A stretch of DNA of 64,000 bases from Eledone cirrhosa (taxonomy: Eukaryota), in contig OZ024740.1 in NCBI GenBank assembly GCA_964016885.1, positions 188,170,001 through 188,234,000 of the forward strand. The letters are read 5' to 3'. The position numbers and the translations under genes were made by a program. Positions 25,278-40,270 of the stretch are shown one piece after another (position 1 is the stretch's first letter; every line of letters starts with the position of its first letter). Below the pieces are notes generated by a model that was not told where the DNA came from, searched no databases, and worked only from the letters and a program-made list of their open reading frames with translations.

Positions 25278-27139
25278 ATTGAGATGGAGGGTTTGTGTTT
25301 CTGTTGTGGTTTGTCTCGCATCTCATATATATATACTCCTTTCTGGCAAGTGTCTTCTATCATATCCTCTGATGTACCTAAGTCTTTTGAATAAAATTTG
25401 GTTGACAGAAACTCTGTAGAAGTGCATTTGTTGGATTGTATCTGAATTTCATACTGAGTCTGCTTGAATTTTATATGTTAAAGGTAAAGCTTATGTCAAA
25501 TTTGCAATTTCCAAATGACTAAGATTTCAAATGTATGCTACAAAAAGTGAGAAGGACATAGGCTATTCTAGCAATGATATTATTAGAATATGGATGAAAA
25601 CAATATGTACTTAGCAAAACACTCGAATAGAATTAGAAAAAATTATTCTTTCATTTTCTCTGCAGATACACTTATCTGACCCCATCTTTAATGCATTTTG
25701 ATCATGTCATGAAAGTTTTATATTTCATATATATAGATATATATCAATATAAAATGTTAACTGATTCAAAGTTAGAAATGCTAGTTACTTAAGAATTCTT
25801 TGTGTAACCACTATACCACTATACATTTTTTCTTTTGTGGTAACATTCAGTTTGTGAGAGGTAGTGCTTTGCTCAACTGTAATACCCCTATGTTATCCGC
25901 TGAGTACAAGTTTATTCTCAAATGCTACTTACATTTGCTGTAGAATATAGACTAAATGTGATACAAATCTCTCTTGTTAGAAACCAAATTGCGGATTATT
26001 GGCTAAGGCCCAAGAATTTAAAACATATGTCCACGATTCAATTAGAACTAAAAGCAAATTCATCTGTTTACACAAAAGCATTTTTCTCCTTTTGAATTTC
26101 CCTTAAAAATTAGCGATATCTTTCTGTGTGGAAGAAGAAAAGATCAAATAAAGAAAAGCTTCTATAGTTTAAATACTTTTAATAAATGCCAAAAAATGAT
26201 GCATTATTCATTGCTGTACTCATAAACTGTTTTAGCTTTGCATTTGTCAGAGTGCTAAGGTGAATAAAGAAACAAAATAAAAAAACAACCAAGGAATACA
26301 TGAGTAAGTTGAACAAAATAGAATACTTAAAAATAAAACAACCAACATATATAATCATAAATTTAAGTTGTTGAAAGAAAATGCAAGTAACATCTAGTAA
26401 AAGGAAAAAAAGTAAAGCAGTAGCAATGCATCAAATTAATCTAGCATAGAACTGACACCTGACAAATAATAATGCACCCAAGATGTTTTTATGAATTTTT
26501 GAGTGCTGTTGGGGTACAGTAACTACAAACAAGTCACTTGCCTCTGATCTAAGAATAATTGAGTTTTGCTTATGGAATTTAATAATGTTGCTTATATTTC
26601 CAACGTATACACTCAACATTTTGAATTTATTATTTTCATTTAAAGATTTTATATTTTCAAGGCCTGTTTAGAATATGCATAAATGCATACAGTATAATAG
26701 ATATTGTACTCATATTGTATAGAGGCAGAGCGTGTTAGTGTGCATATGATGGTCTCTCAAATTCACAACATAAGGGTATTTGCATATTGTATTTGTGTAA
26801 TTTTGAATACAATTTTCCAGTTTTTATATTATTATGTTGCACTGCATTACAATGCTCTTTAATTATGGTATGTTTTGCTCACTCTACAATCCATATCTGT
26901 AAGGAACTGCCTGATAAGCCTCAGAATCTCATTATCATGACCTGGAGATTCAGTATAATACCAGAAAATGACGTGCCTGGAAGAAAATAGCTTGTGGTAT
27001 ATTTATGAACATTTGGTGTATTGATGAACAGTTTGAGTACAATATCTATTATAGTGCATGTATTAATACATATTTTAAACAAGTCTTGAAAATATATAGT
27101 CTTTAAATGAAAATAATAGAACCGTATCAATTATATCTG

Positions 27140-28015
27140 TTTATATACCCCAATCTGGGCTGCTGGACATACTAAAAGACAGGTTTTATGAGTCCCTCAC
27201 TACCTCCCAAATAAGCAATAGTAATTTCATAATCATTGCCAGCGACTTTAATGGACAATTGGGCCACACTGTGATGGTTTTGATGGGATTCACAGGCTCC
27301 TGGAATTAATATGTAACATGAACTTCAAAAAATCAATCACTTGATCACCTGTCGTAGATTAGGGGAATATACCAGCCAGATAGATTTTATCCTTACCAGA
27401 AGACGAGGCAGAGTGATGGTTGTAAATACAAAGTTCCTCCCTGGTGAAGAATTTTTCTCCCAACATAACTTAGTATTTAGCAGCCTTATAGTTAGGGCTA
27501 GACATACTCGATGACTGAGAACGACCTAGAGGAGAAAAATGTGGAAGTTAAAGGGCCTGGCAGCCAATAACAAATTTAAAGGTATGTTGCTTGATGCTTT
27601 TGTCAGCAAGGAAGAGCAAATAGAGACATACAATATAGAGGAGCAGTGGAAATTACTAAAAGGTAGCCTACTGAAGATGACAAACAAAATCTGTGATTGG
27701 AGCAAGTCTCTAGGGAGAAACAGAATGACTTGGAGGATGGAGGAGACAATTAAGGCCAAAAGACAGGCTTCGAAAGAATGGCAGGATGGAGGAGGTAAAG
27801 AACAGGAGATAAGCTAGATGACAAGTGTTCTTTGCAAGAGGGTATGTAGAAAAAAAAATTAGGCAGGTTCTGCAACATGCAACCAAAGGCATGATGTGTT
27901 TAGGATTGTGAGGCAGTGTGTCAGGGAAAATTGGGATGACATTGGGGAGAAGTTCGTCCATGATGATAATGGAGTACTTACCCTCATTGATGCTGAAAAG
28001 AAGGTAACATGGAAT
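27140..28015 (+). pseudogene. Decayed RTE LINE endonuclease/linker region
   Basis: IIASDFNG-like motif at ~27230 and WKLK...EEQWKLLKGSLL segment; many frameshifts. Similar decayed segment at 34010-34830. Confidence 0.65.
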
Positions 28016-28946
28016 GCTCAATGGAAACATTGTTTCCTTGCTTCTATTTGATGAGTTACACCCTATTTGGTAAGTGAGTGAAACCTGGATCTTGTCAATT
28101 GCTTTTTTCTATTCTATTCTGTATCAGGTTGGTTTTTAGAATTGGATTTAATACACTAGAAATAATTAAAGAGTGAGTCTTGCTCTTAGCAGATTCAAAT
28201 TCACTGGGATTAAATGCCTAGTGAAATTGCTGGATTGATTTCTTTCTTTGTATTCATTTTTGCTGAGTATATGATCATACATGCCATAGTTTATTTGATA
28301 TCTTGTCACTATTATATTTGTTATTGTGATGGAAATAAACTCCCAGGAGAGCTGGACAGCAGAAAGTGTTCAGTGAAGTAACCTCCTTCAAACAAATGCT
28401 TCAGCCCTTCACTTTTTATATTGATCAATGTCACTATGTTAGATGAAGAAAAAGTGAGGCTTCATAGGGATAGTAATATAACTACACTAACCCTGTATTT
28501 ATTACTAAGAGTTCTCAGCACTCATATATCTAATTTTAATTACTGAGGAGTTCATAAAGATTTTTCTGATAGTTATCTATTGACTCAAAATTCCTATCAA
28601 TATTTTTGTATTGTTGACTTGCAATTACTTTTGAGAATAAAAACAAATAAACAGTTTCAAGGCAAAAATCCTCCGTGTAGGTCATGAAAAATAGAACATT
28701 ATCAATATTTCTTAGGAAGTCAGAATATAGTGACGTTATTTGTTTGTAAGGAGTCTGTGATGTAACTTTCAGTATTTTGGTAATAAATTAACCTAAATCA
28801 TCTTGTATCAATAATTCATAAAAAATTTTAATTGAGGATTAACTTTCTTTTATTCAATATATTTTAATTGGATTATAAATAGTTTGCAAATTTCCTCCTA
28901 GTTAAGTAATTTACTTAGAGATGTATTTGAGTCTATGTTGTTTTTC

Positions 28947-29270
28947 AATCTAATCCAATTCAATCCAATCCAGGACCTTCTCACTCCTGTTGGAGGAACC
29001 TCTCCATGATTGATGCCCACCACTTTCTGTTCAGTTTTGGTCATGTCAAAGGTGTCACCACACTTGGCTATTTAACATATAGTTGTTGGCTCTGAGGAGT
29101 ACCTCTACACCTTTTAACAGCTATTGTGTTTGTGATGCTTGGATTCCCCTTACCCTCTTCACCAGACCAGGGTCTAGTGGGGGAGTAGGTTTAGCCACCT
29201 ACCACTCGATCATAAAGCAGGTTGTATTAGGTTACATGGTATCAGTAGTAGGCAGAAGACTGACCTGACT
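28947..29270 (-). mobile_element. Decayed non-LTR element 3' end with (AATCC)n tail
   Basis: Higher-GC block adjoining a short aatcc repeat; family assignment uncertain. Confidence 0.4.
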
Positions 29271-31183
29271 ATGTTGTTTTAATAAGGAAAAAATATATTT
29301 GTAACAAAACATATACGTGTAACAAAATCATCATTATTTTCAGCAGTAATAGAATTTTTCTTATATCAACATTTTCATGTTATTCTTTATTTTATCATGC
29401 AATGAGATGCAGCACTGTATGTTAATGGGGTTTTATCTGGGATATCTATGTCAATGTACTTGTCCTACTGCCAATTGACATGTCAGTGAGAGTTTATTGG
29501 AATACAAGCCATAGATTAAATATCTTCTCATACTTGGAACACTCTCCGCCAAAAAAGTGGGATTGCTGAAAACAAAAGAAACTGAAAGGGATTTGATTGA
29601 TTTATTATGCCATCAGTGCAAGAAAAGATACTCCTAAACTCAGCCCTTGCTAGTCAAAATTGGGTTTATTCCAGATGAATATATAAATCACATAGAAGGG
29701 TAAGCTTCCTTAAAATATTGTAGTAAACCACAACATTAGTGATGGATACTGAAAGACAGAATATCAAGAAAAACTGTTTCTGTCAGACATATCTAGGCCT
29801 ATATTATCCAACGTATCCTTTATTATTCGGAGTGATTTAATTTGAGGGAGGTGTTGCTGCTATTTCTAGGGTACTCACATAGAAGCTCACCCCTGTTGTT
29901 TGTGGAGGGAAAAATGACTTATGGATAAACGATAAAAAGGTTGTTGATTCTAACTTATCCACATATTTCATTAGGAAAGGATTAAAACTCAATGTTGATT
30001 AATTAAAATTATATTCCTTTCATTTTCCTGTTTTTACAAGAAAATATTGACTATTATGCAGATGAAACTCTTAATGGATATATGGCTAATGCATAATTAG
30101 TAGAATATTGACTGATATTTCAGTAATTATTGACTGAAATGTAAATTATATGTTGATATCACATGTTTGCAGTAGACACTAATATTTAGACATTTGATTG
30201 ATATTAACCTCGCACAAGGAAAAAAAAAAACTTTAGTTTTTTTAATTTTAAAATATAGTTATAGGCAATCAAAACAAGGCACAGAAATTATACATGATCA
30301 AAGCATATTATCAGATACATTGAACTATATTAAGTAATTTTCCTCCTTTATATGTTATGTTCAAATCATGCCTAAGCTGTTAGTGAAATAAGCATTACAT
30401 TCACTGTGCCAATACCTAAAACATTTATAACTTTGGGCCAATGTGAAAAATCAATACTACTATATACATAAGATGCATCATAACTTTCTTCCTTAAAAGA
30501 CTCTGCATGTTCTGAAAACTGCAATCACATAATGTTTGTACATGTCTTAGTTTCATCCACTTTGTTTTATTTATAGTTTTTCATGAACGATTTTGGGAAA
30601 TACGCAATATGAAACGGCCTACAAAAGTTCTGTTTGTCTAATGCGATTCTGAAATTGATACTATTGCTTATAAATCAAAAGCACATATCTTACAGCTAGA
30701 CGACATAAATGATCAAATACTTTAATGACTATTATTGTTTGGAAGCTCTATTTAAATTAGTGTAATAAATGTTAGCCTTCGTGTACTTTATAATATTTGA
30801 GAACATGAAAAGAAAAAATTACTAATATAATGAATCTAAAATTATGGCTGGTTGATTACTGTAATTTTTGAAGTTCTCTAATTCTTTTACATTTATCATT
30901 TTCACTACAGAAGTTTTGAGCATAGCTGTTTGAAATAAGCTGATTCCAGTAGCCTCCACCTATTATTTCGTATTCACTTTCAAAGCTACTGGAATAATAA
31001 ATATTAGATTGCTTTTAAAGTAAAACAATGTAGGAAACAAATTACATAATGAACAGAAGCAATTTGCAAAGTGTTAAATTATGATTTTGTTGTTAACATA
31101 AATATGATACACTTGAGTATTAATGCAGTTTTCAGATGCATATTTGTGTTTTTAAAAGGGAATCGTCATTCAACTTAGTAGTG

Positions 31184-31441
31184 TAACCCTTTCTTACCAT
31201 ATTTCTAATGAAAGGTACTACCTATGATTTTTACAGAAGTTTGGAAATAATGAAGAATTTGGAGGGATTTTATAAAACAACTACTTTTTTAATTATTAAC
31301 TGGTGGCTGGAACATAAGCTAACAGTTTCTTGTATAAAACTCTGAGATAGAGTTTTTGAATAAATATAATCATTTTAAAACAAACAATTTTGTATCATAA
31401 TACCAAGTGGGTTCCAGGCCTTTTGGTATTAAAAGAGTTAA
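31184..31441. mobile_element. Degenerate piggyBac-like MITE
   Basis: Ends taaccctttcttacca / tggtattaaaagagttaa are imperfect TIRs with TTAA-like termini; related ends at ~8383 and ~21838. Confidence 0.5.
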
Positions 31442-31479
31442 GGAAACATAATTATAACTCATGCACAATTTTCAATTTA

Positions 31480-32040
31480 TGTAAAAACAGAAGGTATGTG
31501 GTTGTTTAATATAAATGAGGCATATATACTATGTTGGATGTGTAATGTTAGTAGCGTTTGTGAATGATAGAGAATAGATGAGGTGAAAGAAAAGCTGAGC
31601 ATAAGAGGAATTGAATGAAGCATAAGGAGGGCAAGAGTTACATAAAAATGAAATGAGAGTTTAAAGTGGATGGAACTTGCAGAAGCAGTAGATCTAGGAA
31701 AACATGAGATAAAGTTGTGAGGAATGGCCTCCAGAAACAGAATCACATGATGGAGATGACACAGGATTAAGCTGAATGGCAATATGCAAAAATACAAACG
31801 TCCCACACTGTGACACAAAAAGTATATATAATAAGAAACTGGATGAGCATAACAACCTTTCTAGTGTTTGGCCCCAATAAACTGCACCATTTACATGCTG
31901 TAAAATGTTAGTATTGGTGCCATGAAAAACATACCCAGTACACTCTGTAGAGTGGGAAAGGATGTACCGCAACAAATGCATCCTCTACACTCTATAACAT
32001 TGTTGGTTTTAGGAATCAAATCCAGCCATATAAACCATGC
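31480..32040 (+). mobile_element. Decayed RTE LINE 3' portion
   Basis: Degenerate match to the C-terminal RT region (agctgagcataagagga) and the 3' UTR. Confidence 0.6.
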
Positions 32041-34009
32041 AAAATATGGAACATATTAAGAAGACATTCTTGTTTTCAACATTGTGATATCAAAATGATC
32101 AAGCAAGGTTTTTTTTCATCTGTGAAATTTTTAGTTATGCAGAGCTGTTCAGTGTCGTTTTCCTTTATTTGAACACCTATCTGTATATACAAGTGTGTGT
32201 GTAAGAGTGAATGAGAGGGGAGGGGGGAATATATCATTATGTATCTGATGTTTTCAGCTGAAATTACTGTTTGGCTGTCATTTATTCAAAACAACTATAT
32301 TTACTTTTTTGTGTTATAATTCACCTTTCACATCATTAAATATTCTGTTTAAGAAGGAAAACATTTCTTAAGTTGAAAAAGAGAGGTAATTTTTGTTGTT
32401 GCTAATACATGAGACATGCCTATTAGTAGGCAATAAAGAACATTTTACAATGCTTTTTCCGTGTTAGAATGGATATGTTTTTGGAATAACTATGCAAATG
32501 TCTTTCTAGCTGCCAAATGCTTCATTTCAAAGTGAAACTAGTATCTATTTTGTGAGATAGGTTTCTCCTGTAGATTGTCCTTATTTAAGAACATAAGAAC
32601 ATTATAGCAATGTAATTGGATTGCTGTGGTAAAATTTAAAATCAGAGCAGTTTGACAGGTTACATTATATCTTTATTTCTTAATTATCTGTTTATCTAGC
32701 ATATATATATATATTGTAAATTTTAAAAAGTATTTTCATCATAGGAATGGTACTTTGGAGATAGAGAATTTTTTATGGCTTTAAGGATTGTGGTCTATTC
32801 TGTGAGTGTTATGGCTAAGGAAAATTGACATTATTGCTTTCAAAGCTTACATTGTATTTGGTTAAAAAGAAAGATTGAATCATTCTCAGGACATCTGATT
32901 TACTTACATTTTCTTCCAAACTTATATAGTATTTTGTTCTGATAATTTATTAAGGCAATCATTAAGCAAAATTATCAATGTGATGAGCAGTCAGTCTACT
33001 TTAATGTAATGAAATCTATTTCAAATGTTTATAAAACTGTGAACAATTATCATTGAAAAATGAACCAAAGTAGGAATGAATTTATGTGTCTAATTGTATA
33101 ATAAATTGAAGTTCTATTGAAGTAATAAACAGTTGCAATTAATAGAATTTCTATGAAATTTATATAAATCATTTCCAATGTATAAAAGCTTTATTTTTTC
33201 ATCCTTGCTGTAAAACTATACACATTTGCTTTTATTAGTTCCATGAAATTTTATATTTTAAAATAGTATTATTTAATGTCTGTTTCCTCTAACTAGACAT
33301 TTATATTGTATTCTAGGTCGCCATCTTACTTTCAAATGTCTACTACTTTTTATTTTCTCTCCTTTCAGAAATATTCTAAACATTAGATTTTTAAGTTCTC
33401 TATTATTCTAAAAACATTTTAAGTATTGATGCATATTCTTTTGTTCTGAGGAAGACTAGTTTATTTATGTATTATAGAGAGTAATGGATGGTCTTTTGTA
33501 GGCCTTCTTGAAATAAAAAAATTAATTCAAGGTTAAGAGATTTAATTTTAACAGCAGGTTTACATAGCACATAAAGAAAGGTTGGGAGAATCCTCAATTG
33601 TATACAAGACAATACAACCTCTCCTGTGCACTTGGTAGAATGTGAGACTGCACATATGCAAAATGCAGATCCCTGACCTGTGTGGGAGATTAGTAGCACT
33701 GATCAGTACTGACTTGATCTATGTAAACCCATCCAGCTCTTGCTAGCAGGGATAGTAGATGTTAAAATGATGATGATTATTTCTACATTCAGTTTTGCAT
33801 TGCTAGCTGGACTCAGAGTTTCCTCATATTTAGACATTTTAATTATTCTTGTTTACAACATGAATACCAAAACAGTGTCTGAAATAAGAGGGGGTTCCTA
33901 TGATTAAAAGGTTTTGAACTTTTAATACTTGAAAAAAGTACTTAAAAATATAAGTACATGATAGAATTAAAAAAGACAATGCACTAATCCTATTAAGAAG
34001 ACTGTTGTG

Positions 34010-34830
34010 AATGGTTATGCTGTTATGCATGGTGAATATGAATATAGTTTGAGAAATGAAGAGTGATCAAGGCTTCTAGAATTGTGTGATGCAACCTCAC
34101 TAACATCAGGAAAACAGCCAGCTACTTGATCATGTTAACATGACAAACAGGTTAATATGCCAGACAAATTGACTTTTTGCTTATTAGAAAATGGGCCAGA
34201 CAAAAGGTTACAAATGTTAAGTCCTTTCTGAATAAAATTGCATCCCCTCCCCCAACATATATTAGTTATCTGTGATGTTAGAATAAGAAGTAGACAAATC
34301 AGAAATGCAAAAAACCTGGAGATGGGGAATATAGAAACCAAAAAGGCTTTTTGTTAAATATATATTCAGAAATCTTTTGCATGATACATACAACAAGAAG
34401 GATGAAATAGACACATATGAAATCGAGGAAAATTTGATGTTTCTACAGGACAACCTACTACAAGCCACTGATAAGACCTCTGGCTGGAGCAAGGCACTAG
34501 ATAGATAAACAATGGGCTGGTAGTGGAACAGCACTCTAGACAGCCATAAAGCTAACTGACTTGTATAGAAAGACTGGGAAAATGGAGGCAACAAAGAACA
34601 ATATCACATAACTAAATGTGAAGCTAGACTGCAGGTTTATATAGCACATAAAGAAGCTCAGAGTAGGTGGTTTGGCAAGATTTTGTGACATAAGGATCAG
34701 AAAAATTATGTTGAGGGCTTGAATGTTGAAAATTAGTGGAAGGAAGAAGAACAATACTCTGTAGACACAGCAGAAGGGATGTATACCGAAGTGACAGTTA
34801 ACAGGCTCAAAGAGCAACTAGGGAGAAAGC
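34010..34830 (+). pseudogene. Decayed RTE LINE endonuclease/linker region
   Basis: Similar to 27140-28015 (gagaaatgaagag...gaattgtgtgatgca; cagacaaattgac; gaggaaaatttg). Confidence 0.55.
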
Positions 34831-35283
34831 TTTTGTGGTCAACACTGAGAATCTCTCTCTGTGAACTTTTTCCATTCTATCATGATTCTAGCAATTATGG
34901 TTACAGAACACCTTTCTCCATTGCTAATTACATTACCTAGATAGCAGATGCTATCAACCAATTATATGGGTCCTTCCTGTGACTGGAATAGGCTTACAGC
35001 ACTGGTTATCATCCCATCGGTTACCCCTGTGCATGTTCTACAAAAATAGTCTTCCTTTTCAGTTAGCTTACATCTCTTGTGTACCCAGGATTTACATTGT
35101 GTACTTTGTATGGAGTTTATGCCTACTACATTTCTACATTTTGAGCAGTGTCACTTCTCTGGAGGAATCAGGGCCTATATTCTCTGCTAATCACTAACAT
35201 ATATATGAATATATTTATATATATGAAAACAAAAAGATATATATATATATAATCATATTCTCTCCTAAACACTGACATATATA

Positions 35284-35354
<71 letters not shown>

Positions 35355-35358
35355 ATAT

Positions 35359-35600
35359 ATTTATTAAAATAACAGGATCTTCTGAAACTACAAAAATCAA
35401 TCTGTGAACGCAGAAGTAAATATTTAGAAAAACGTTGAACCGAAAGAAGGCATACCTATATAGGAAAGAATTGTAGTCAGAATTCAAAAGCTCTTTAAAT
35501 TTAAACAAAGAAAATATATCAAAATAAATGAGGATAGTAGAAAGTTTCAAAAGCTATATAAAATTTTATAAAATATTTATAATGAATTTAAAGTAGATGG
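35359..35600 (-). mobile_element. Family A arm with internal deletion, adjoining long (TA)n
   Basis: tttattaaaataacag is joined directly to gatcttctgaaact; compare 918-989. Confidence 0.7.
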
Positions 35601-35934
35601 TGGGGCAGAACAAATTAATATATTTTAGTATGTTATCAAGAAAATATGTTTAATTCAATAAGTCTGTGTGTGAAGGGACAGCTCTAAGTGCATTGATTCT
35701 TGTTATATTTCTGTTTTTCTAGCTGTCTTTGTCTTTTGGCATACTGTTGACATCAATATATTCAAATATGAATTCACTGAATTTAAGTAAATATCTAGAA
35801 AGTATAATAAATAGATGATCATAAGATACCAAAGCTAAAAGCACTAGAGCATCAAGTAGTTATTGTATTATCTGTTGAGATATATCCCAATGTTTTTTTC
35901 AGTTAATATAATATAGATAAAAAGGTATGTATGC

Positions 35935-35969
<35 letters not shown>

Positions 35970-35971
<2 letters not shown>

Positions 35972-36430
35972 GATATTAAACAAATGGAAACTATATTTAT
36001 AAACCCATATTTATTTCATTATATATATTTCAGGGATATCATATTAAAAATATGGTATGCCTTCCTCAGACAAAATACAATATATAAACCGTTTTATAAA
36101 TAAATTTGACATACCTTAAACATTACAACTTCCATTTAAAAAGTTGATTTGGTAGTGAAAATGTTAAGGACAGTTAGAAAGAAAGACGAAGAGAAAAAAG
36201 AAGGAAAGTGTATAGTGCTAAGGACGAAGAGAAGAAGAAAGAAAGTGTATAGTGCTAAGGACAGTTAGAGAGGAAGACGAAGAAGATGAAGAGATGTATG
36301 TAAATATGGTTTTATAAATATAGTTTCCATTTGTTTAATATCGTAAATCTACTCCAAAACTTGTTGAGTGCTTTTATATCAGTTATAAAATATTTACTCG
36401 TTGTAACCCAACAATTTTAAATAACACTTT

Positions 36431-36433
<3 letters not shown>
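35970..36433 (+). mobile_element. Fold-back PLE-derived element, family D, in (TA)n
   Basis: 35970-36013 pairs with 36301-36344 (1 mismatch); tail 36345-36433; internal direct repeat gaaagtgtatagtgctaaggac x2. Confidence 0.78.
36013..36076 (-). ncRNA. Minimal hammerhead ribozyme motif, canonical core (family D)
   Basis: Minus strand: attttgt-CUGAGGA-aggcataccatatttttaatatgatatccct-GAAA-tatata-UA-atgaaat. Confidence 0.7.
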
Positions 36434-36475
<42 letters not shown>

Positions 36476-36562
36476 GATGTTAAAATGATGATGATAATGA
36501 TGTATGTGCATATATGCACACACATATCATTATACACTTATATCTATATACATTTATATGTG

Positions 36563-36625
<63 letters not shown>

Positions 36626-37264
36626 TTCTATGTATATATACAGAGAGAGAGAGACATGTTTTTGTAGTCCATTTAATTCTTAACTTTAGTTTCTTTATAT
36701 AGAATGCAAGTTTAATATTTACTATCATTATGAATACCACCATTCATTATTTCTCTATTGCTACTTACTTTTGTCATTTTACAATTTGTAACTGTTATCC
36801 TAGGGTCTGATTTCACCTTCATTAATCGTGAAATTATCTTTAGCTCTAAATAGCTTGAAAGAAAAGCTTTTAATTATAAAGTGATTCTTTGCTACTAAAA
36901 TATTAATTAAAAAGAAAACTATGCAGTTCTTTTTTCTGTTGGTTGTCATAAATATTTGCATTGGGAATTGAACCTTTCATTGATTTTACTAATCTTTAGA
37001 TGATGTTATACTATTATGCCATATTAAAGATTAGCTGGTTGGTATCAGGAGATGAGTGCATAGGGATGGTCTACAATGCATGGATTGAATGGTTCCATAA
37101 CTCCTGAAGGAGTCGTAGAGCTCTGTATTGACAAACAGCATTTTTTGGGTCATTTGTAAATCTGTAGGAGCCCATTTCCACTCAAAGTTTGTGCACCGCA
37201 TATTTCTTCCAGAGAAGGATAGAGTGTAAGAGAATGGAAGTGAGTAAGAGATATAGAGAAGGAG

Positions 37265-37412
37265 TTGAATCCAGAACTATACTGGTCTTTTTTTATCAAC
37301 CTCAAACAGATGAAAGTTGAATTCAGTGGGATTTGAACTCAGAGAGCAGAGAGTTGAAACATATACCAGAAAGCATTCTATCTGGTGTCCTAACAACTCT
37401 GCTAATTCACTG
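37265..37412 (-). mobile_element. Old SINE family 1-related copy
   Basis: gggatttgaactcaga...ctctgctaattcac is a reversed SINE head. Confidence 0.6.
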
Positions 37413-37767
37413 ATCTTCAATAAATATACATTATATATTATTTTTTACATTCATTTGGAGATCTTATTTTGGCAACAGCAAATATTTGCAGATTATTAAA
37501 GCAGGTGCTGACATACAATGGTGATGTTTGTTCACTGTTATGGATGATATGGGTTCAATCTATATTAGAACCAATATAGATCTGGAATGAGGATCATATA
37601 ATATAATATCTAATATATATGACAAGCTCACAATGAATATAGAATAGCTACAAATTAAACATTAAGTGAATGATTGTTAATTGTATTTAAAAATGTGTCA
37701 CGCTACGATTTGAATACTTACTTTCATATCTTTCAAAATGCATACATCACATTTTCTATGTATGATT

Positions 37768-37972
37768 ATCTCTATATAAATTTGGGTGACTTTCCTCTGT
37801 CCGTCCATCATTCCGTCACAGACTGAGAAAGGAAGGGGTGATGACATCATGCACTAGAAATGACTGATGAAGGAAGGGGTGATGACAAACAACAGAAAAC
37901 ACCATCTAACATTCACTACACTTGTGTGCACAATCTATATATAAAATTGAGTGACTTATTTTCGTGTCTGTG
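37768..37972 (+). mobile_element. Possible non-autonomous Helitron 5' ends (two in tandem)
   Basis: tctctatataaatttgggtgactt and tctatatataaaattgagtgactt; internal aaggaaggggtgatgaca duplicated. Confidence 0.35.
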
Positions 37973-40270
37973 ATTGCAAGTTTATAATAATATATTCATA
38001 CATACATTGGTGTGCTGAAAAAAATTCTACATTACAGAAAAAAAAAAAAAAAAATTTCAGTGTACGTCAAATAGACTGAAGCTACTTGCAAATAGATTAT
38101 ATCTCACAAGAAATATTAACTTTGAAACAATAGGATTGAAGCACTGAAAAATACTTAACTCTGTATAATAATATAATAATTTTGAATTATCAGGGTTAAA
38201 ATTGAAAATTATAAGCCACAAATATTGTAAATATATTAAGCCGTTTTATTGATATTTTTGCTCTTTAGCTTCTGGTGAGACGTTAGTGAGAAGACTTAAG
38301 ATCAAAGATATTCCAGCCATTACCATCTTGTTTTGTTTTGTATACCTCGTACTACCATACACAACATGTCTTTTAGTTTTTCGGATACCAAGTAGGAGAG
38401 AATTTGAGGTGTATTTGGCTACTATTTCTTGCAGATTGATCAATTTTGTAAAAGTCTTGTTATTGGCTCAAGGACGTTTACTTAGTTTGTATTTGTAATT
38501 GCATAGCTGAGTCTTGAGATTTGAAAGTCAGATTTCAAACTTCAACATCATATATACTAATTAAAGTGTTGAAGGATGATAGTCAGGATTGACCCAAAGA
38601 AAACGATTTATGTTATCAGAAGAAATGATCATGACAGAAAGCTGGAGAAAAGCCATTTTAACTGCTTGTGCCATGCTAGAATAGAAAAGATGGTGTTAAA
38701 ATGTTTAGGATACTGGTGTTTTACAAATAATGATCCCCAGAACAGTATGGAAAGAAACAAATGTACAGTGTAAAATAATTGTGAGGATATATGTGCTTGT
38801 AGAGTTGAATGTATCTGCAAAATTTATATTTATGTGCATATTATGTTGAATATAGAAAATGCATATACCAAACAAATAAACAATGTACAAACGTTTTATA
38901 TACAGGATAAGGTCTGACATCAAAACTCAGGAAAAACCCTTCAAGATATATCAACTGTAATTTTATTTTATATAAAAATAAAAATTATTTATTCTACAAT
39001 AAATAAATAATGTAAAATACAAAGATGAAAAACAAATCCTCATCTTTCTTTCAATCTACAAATTTCAATGGATGCTACTTCTTGCTGTCTTCAATACCAA
39101 AATGTAAGCACCATTGGCAAATGTATTTTCTATATGTGTAAGATATATTGTTAGGTGGGAAGGAAATGAAGATAAACAGTGTTTATAGAATCACAAAAAA
39201 AAGGTGTATTTGCACTGGTATACATTGAAACTATTATGAATTGTATTCATTTAGAAAGCTGAGAAAAAATTTAGAATAAATGATTCTTTACATGAGATGT
39301 TCAAAATCCAATAGAAAGCTCAAAACCTTTACTTATTTTTATCATGTTGATAAACAATATCTTTCATATTTGATACAAAATAACATCACAGCATAAATTT
39401 TATGAAGTACACAGTTTAAAATAAGCACAAACATTTACTTAATTAAGCTGACCTATGTATTATTTAAGTCAGTATCACCATCAGAACAATTTCTGTTGCT
39501 TAATCAGAGTTTATATTAACTATATCATATCTAAAATTAATGTACTTGATAGAAGGTTAAAAATTCCCATGGGCTTTATTTAGAAAGACATGCTAAAGAG
39601 TATCACAGGAATAAAATATGTTGTGATATAAGTCAGGAAATATATGCTTTATAATATTATTCCTTTAAATATGGCATGTCTTAGGTAGTGGTATTAGATA
39701 AGACATTTAAACCAGTACTTTAAACATACGAATGTAGTTTATATATAAAAATATAGTTTATATACGAAAATATATAATTTGAATTTATAAATGTATGTAA
39801 TAAAAATAATTATTAAAATATTTTTCTCTAAGGTCACCTGTAAAATACAATGTAGTCTAACAAAAGTATTTTTAGGATACAGTTATATTAAAAAGGTGCT
39901 GTAAGCAAATTACAATCATATATAATTTTAGAAAACAGAAGGATACCTGTTTTAAATTTAATTTATGTGTATCACTTTTTGAAAAAATATTTTTTTGTTA
40001 TACAGACAGAATAAAGTACTTTGTTTTGTGTTTAAATAATTCCTCTGGCAATCCAATTGTTACAACAATATAAAGTAAATGTTATGGTTACAAGTAAACT
40101 TTTCATTCAGGAGTTGGAGCTGGCACCTAACAGATAAAGTTTATTGGTTGGCAATTGTAAGGCATTTTAAATTCTAAAATGGAGGTAGAGCACTCTGTCC
40201 ATAGGACGAGTTCAGTATAATGTTAGTTCCAAATTAATAAAGCATCCTCAAGTGCATGTGTTTCACCTAA

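Noticed and set aside
38246-38498. Overlapping short ORFs that look exon-like
   Set aside because: The sequence belongs to a dispersed repeat also seen at ~14985-15275, ~29780-29885 and ~60050-60330.
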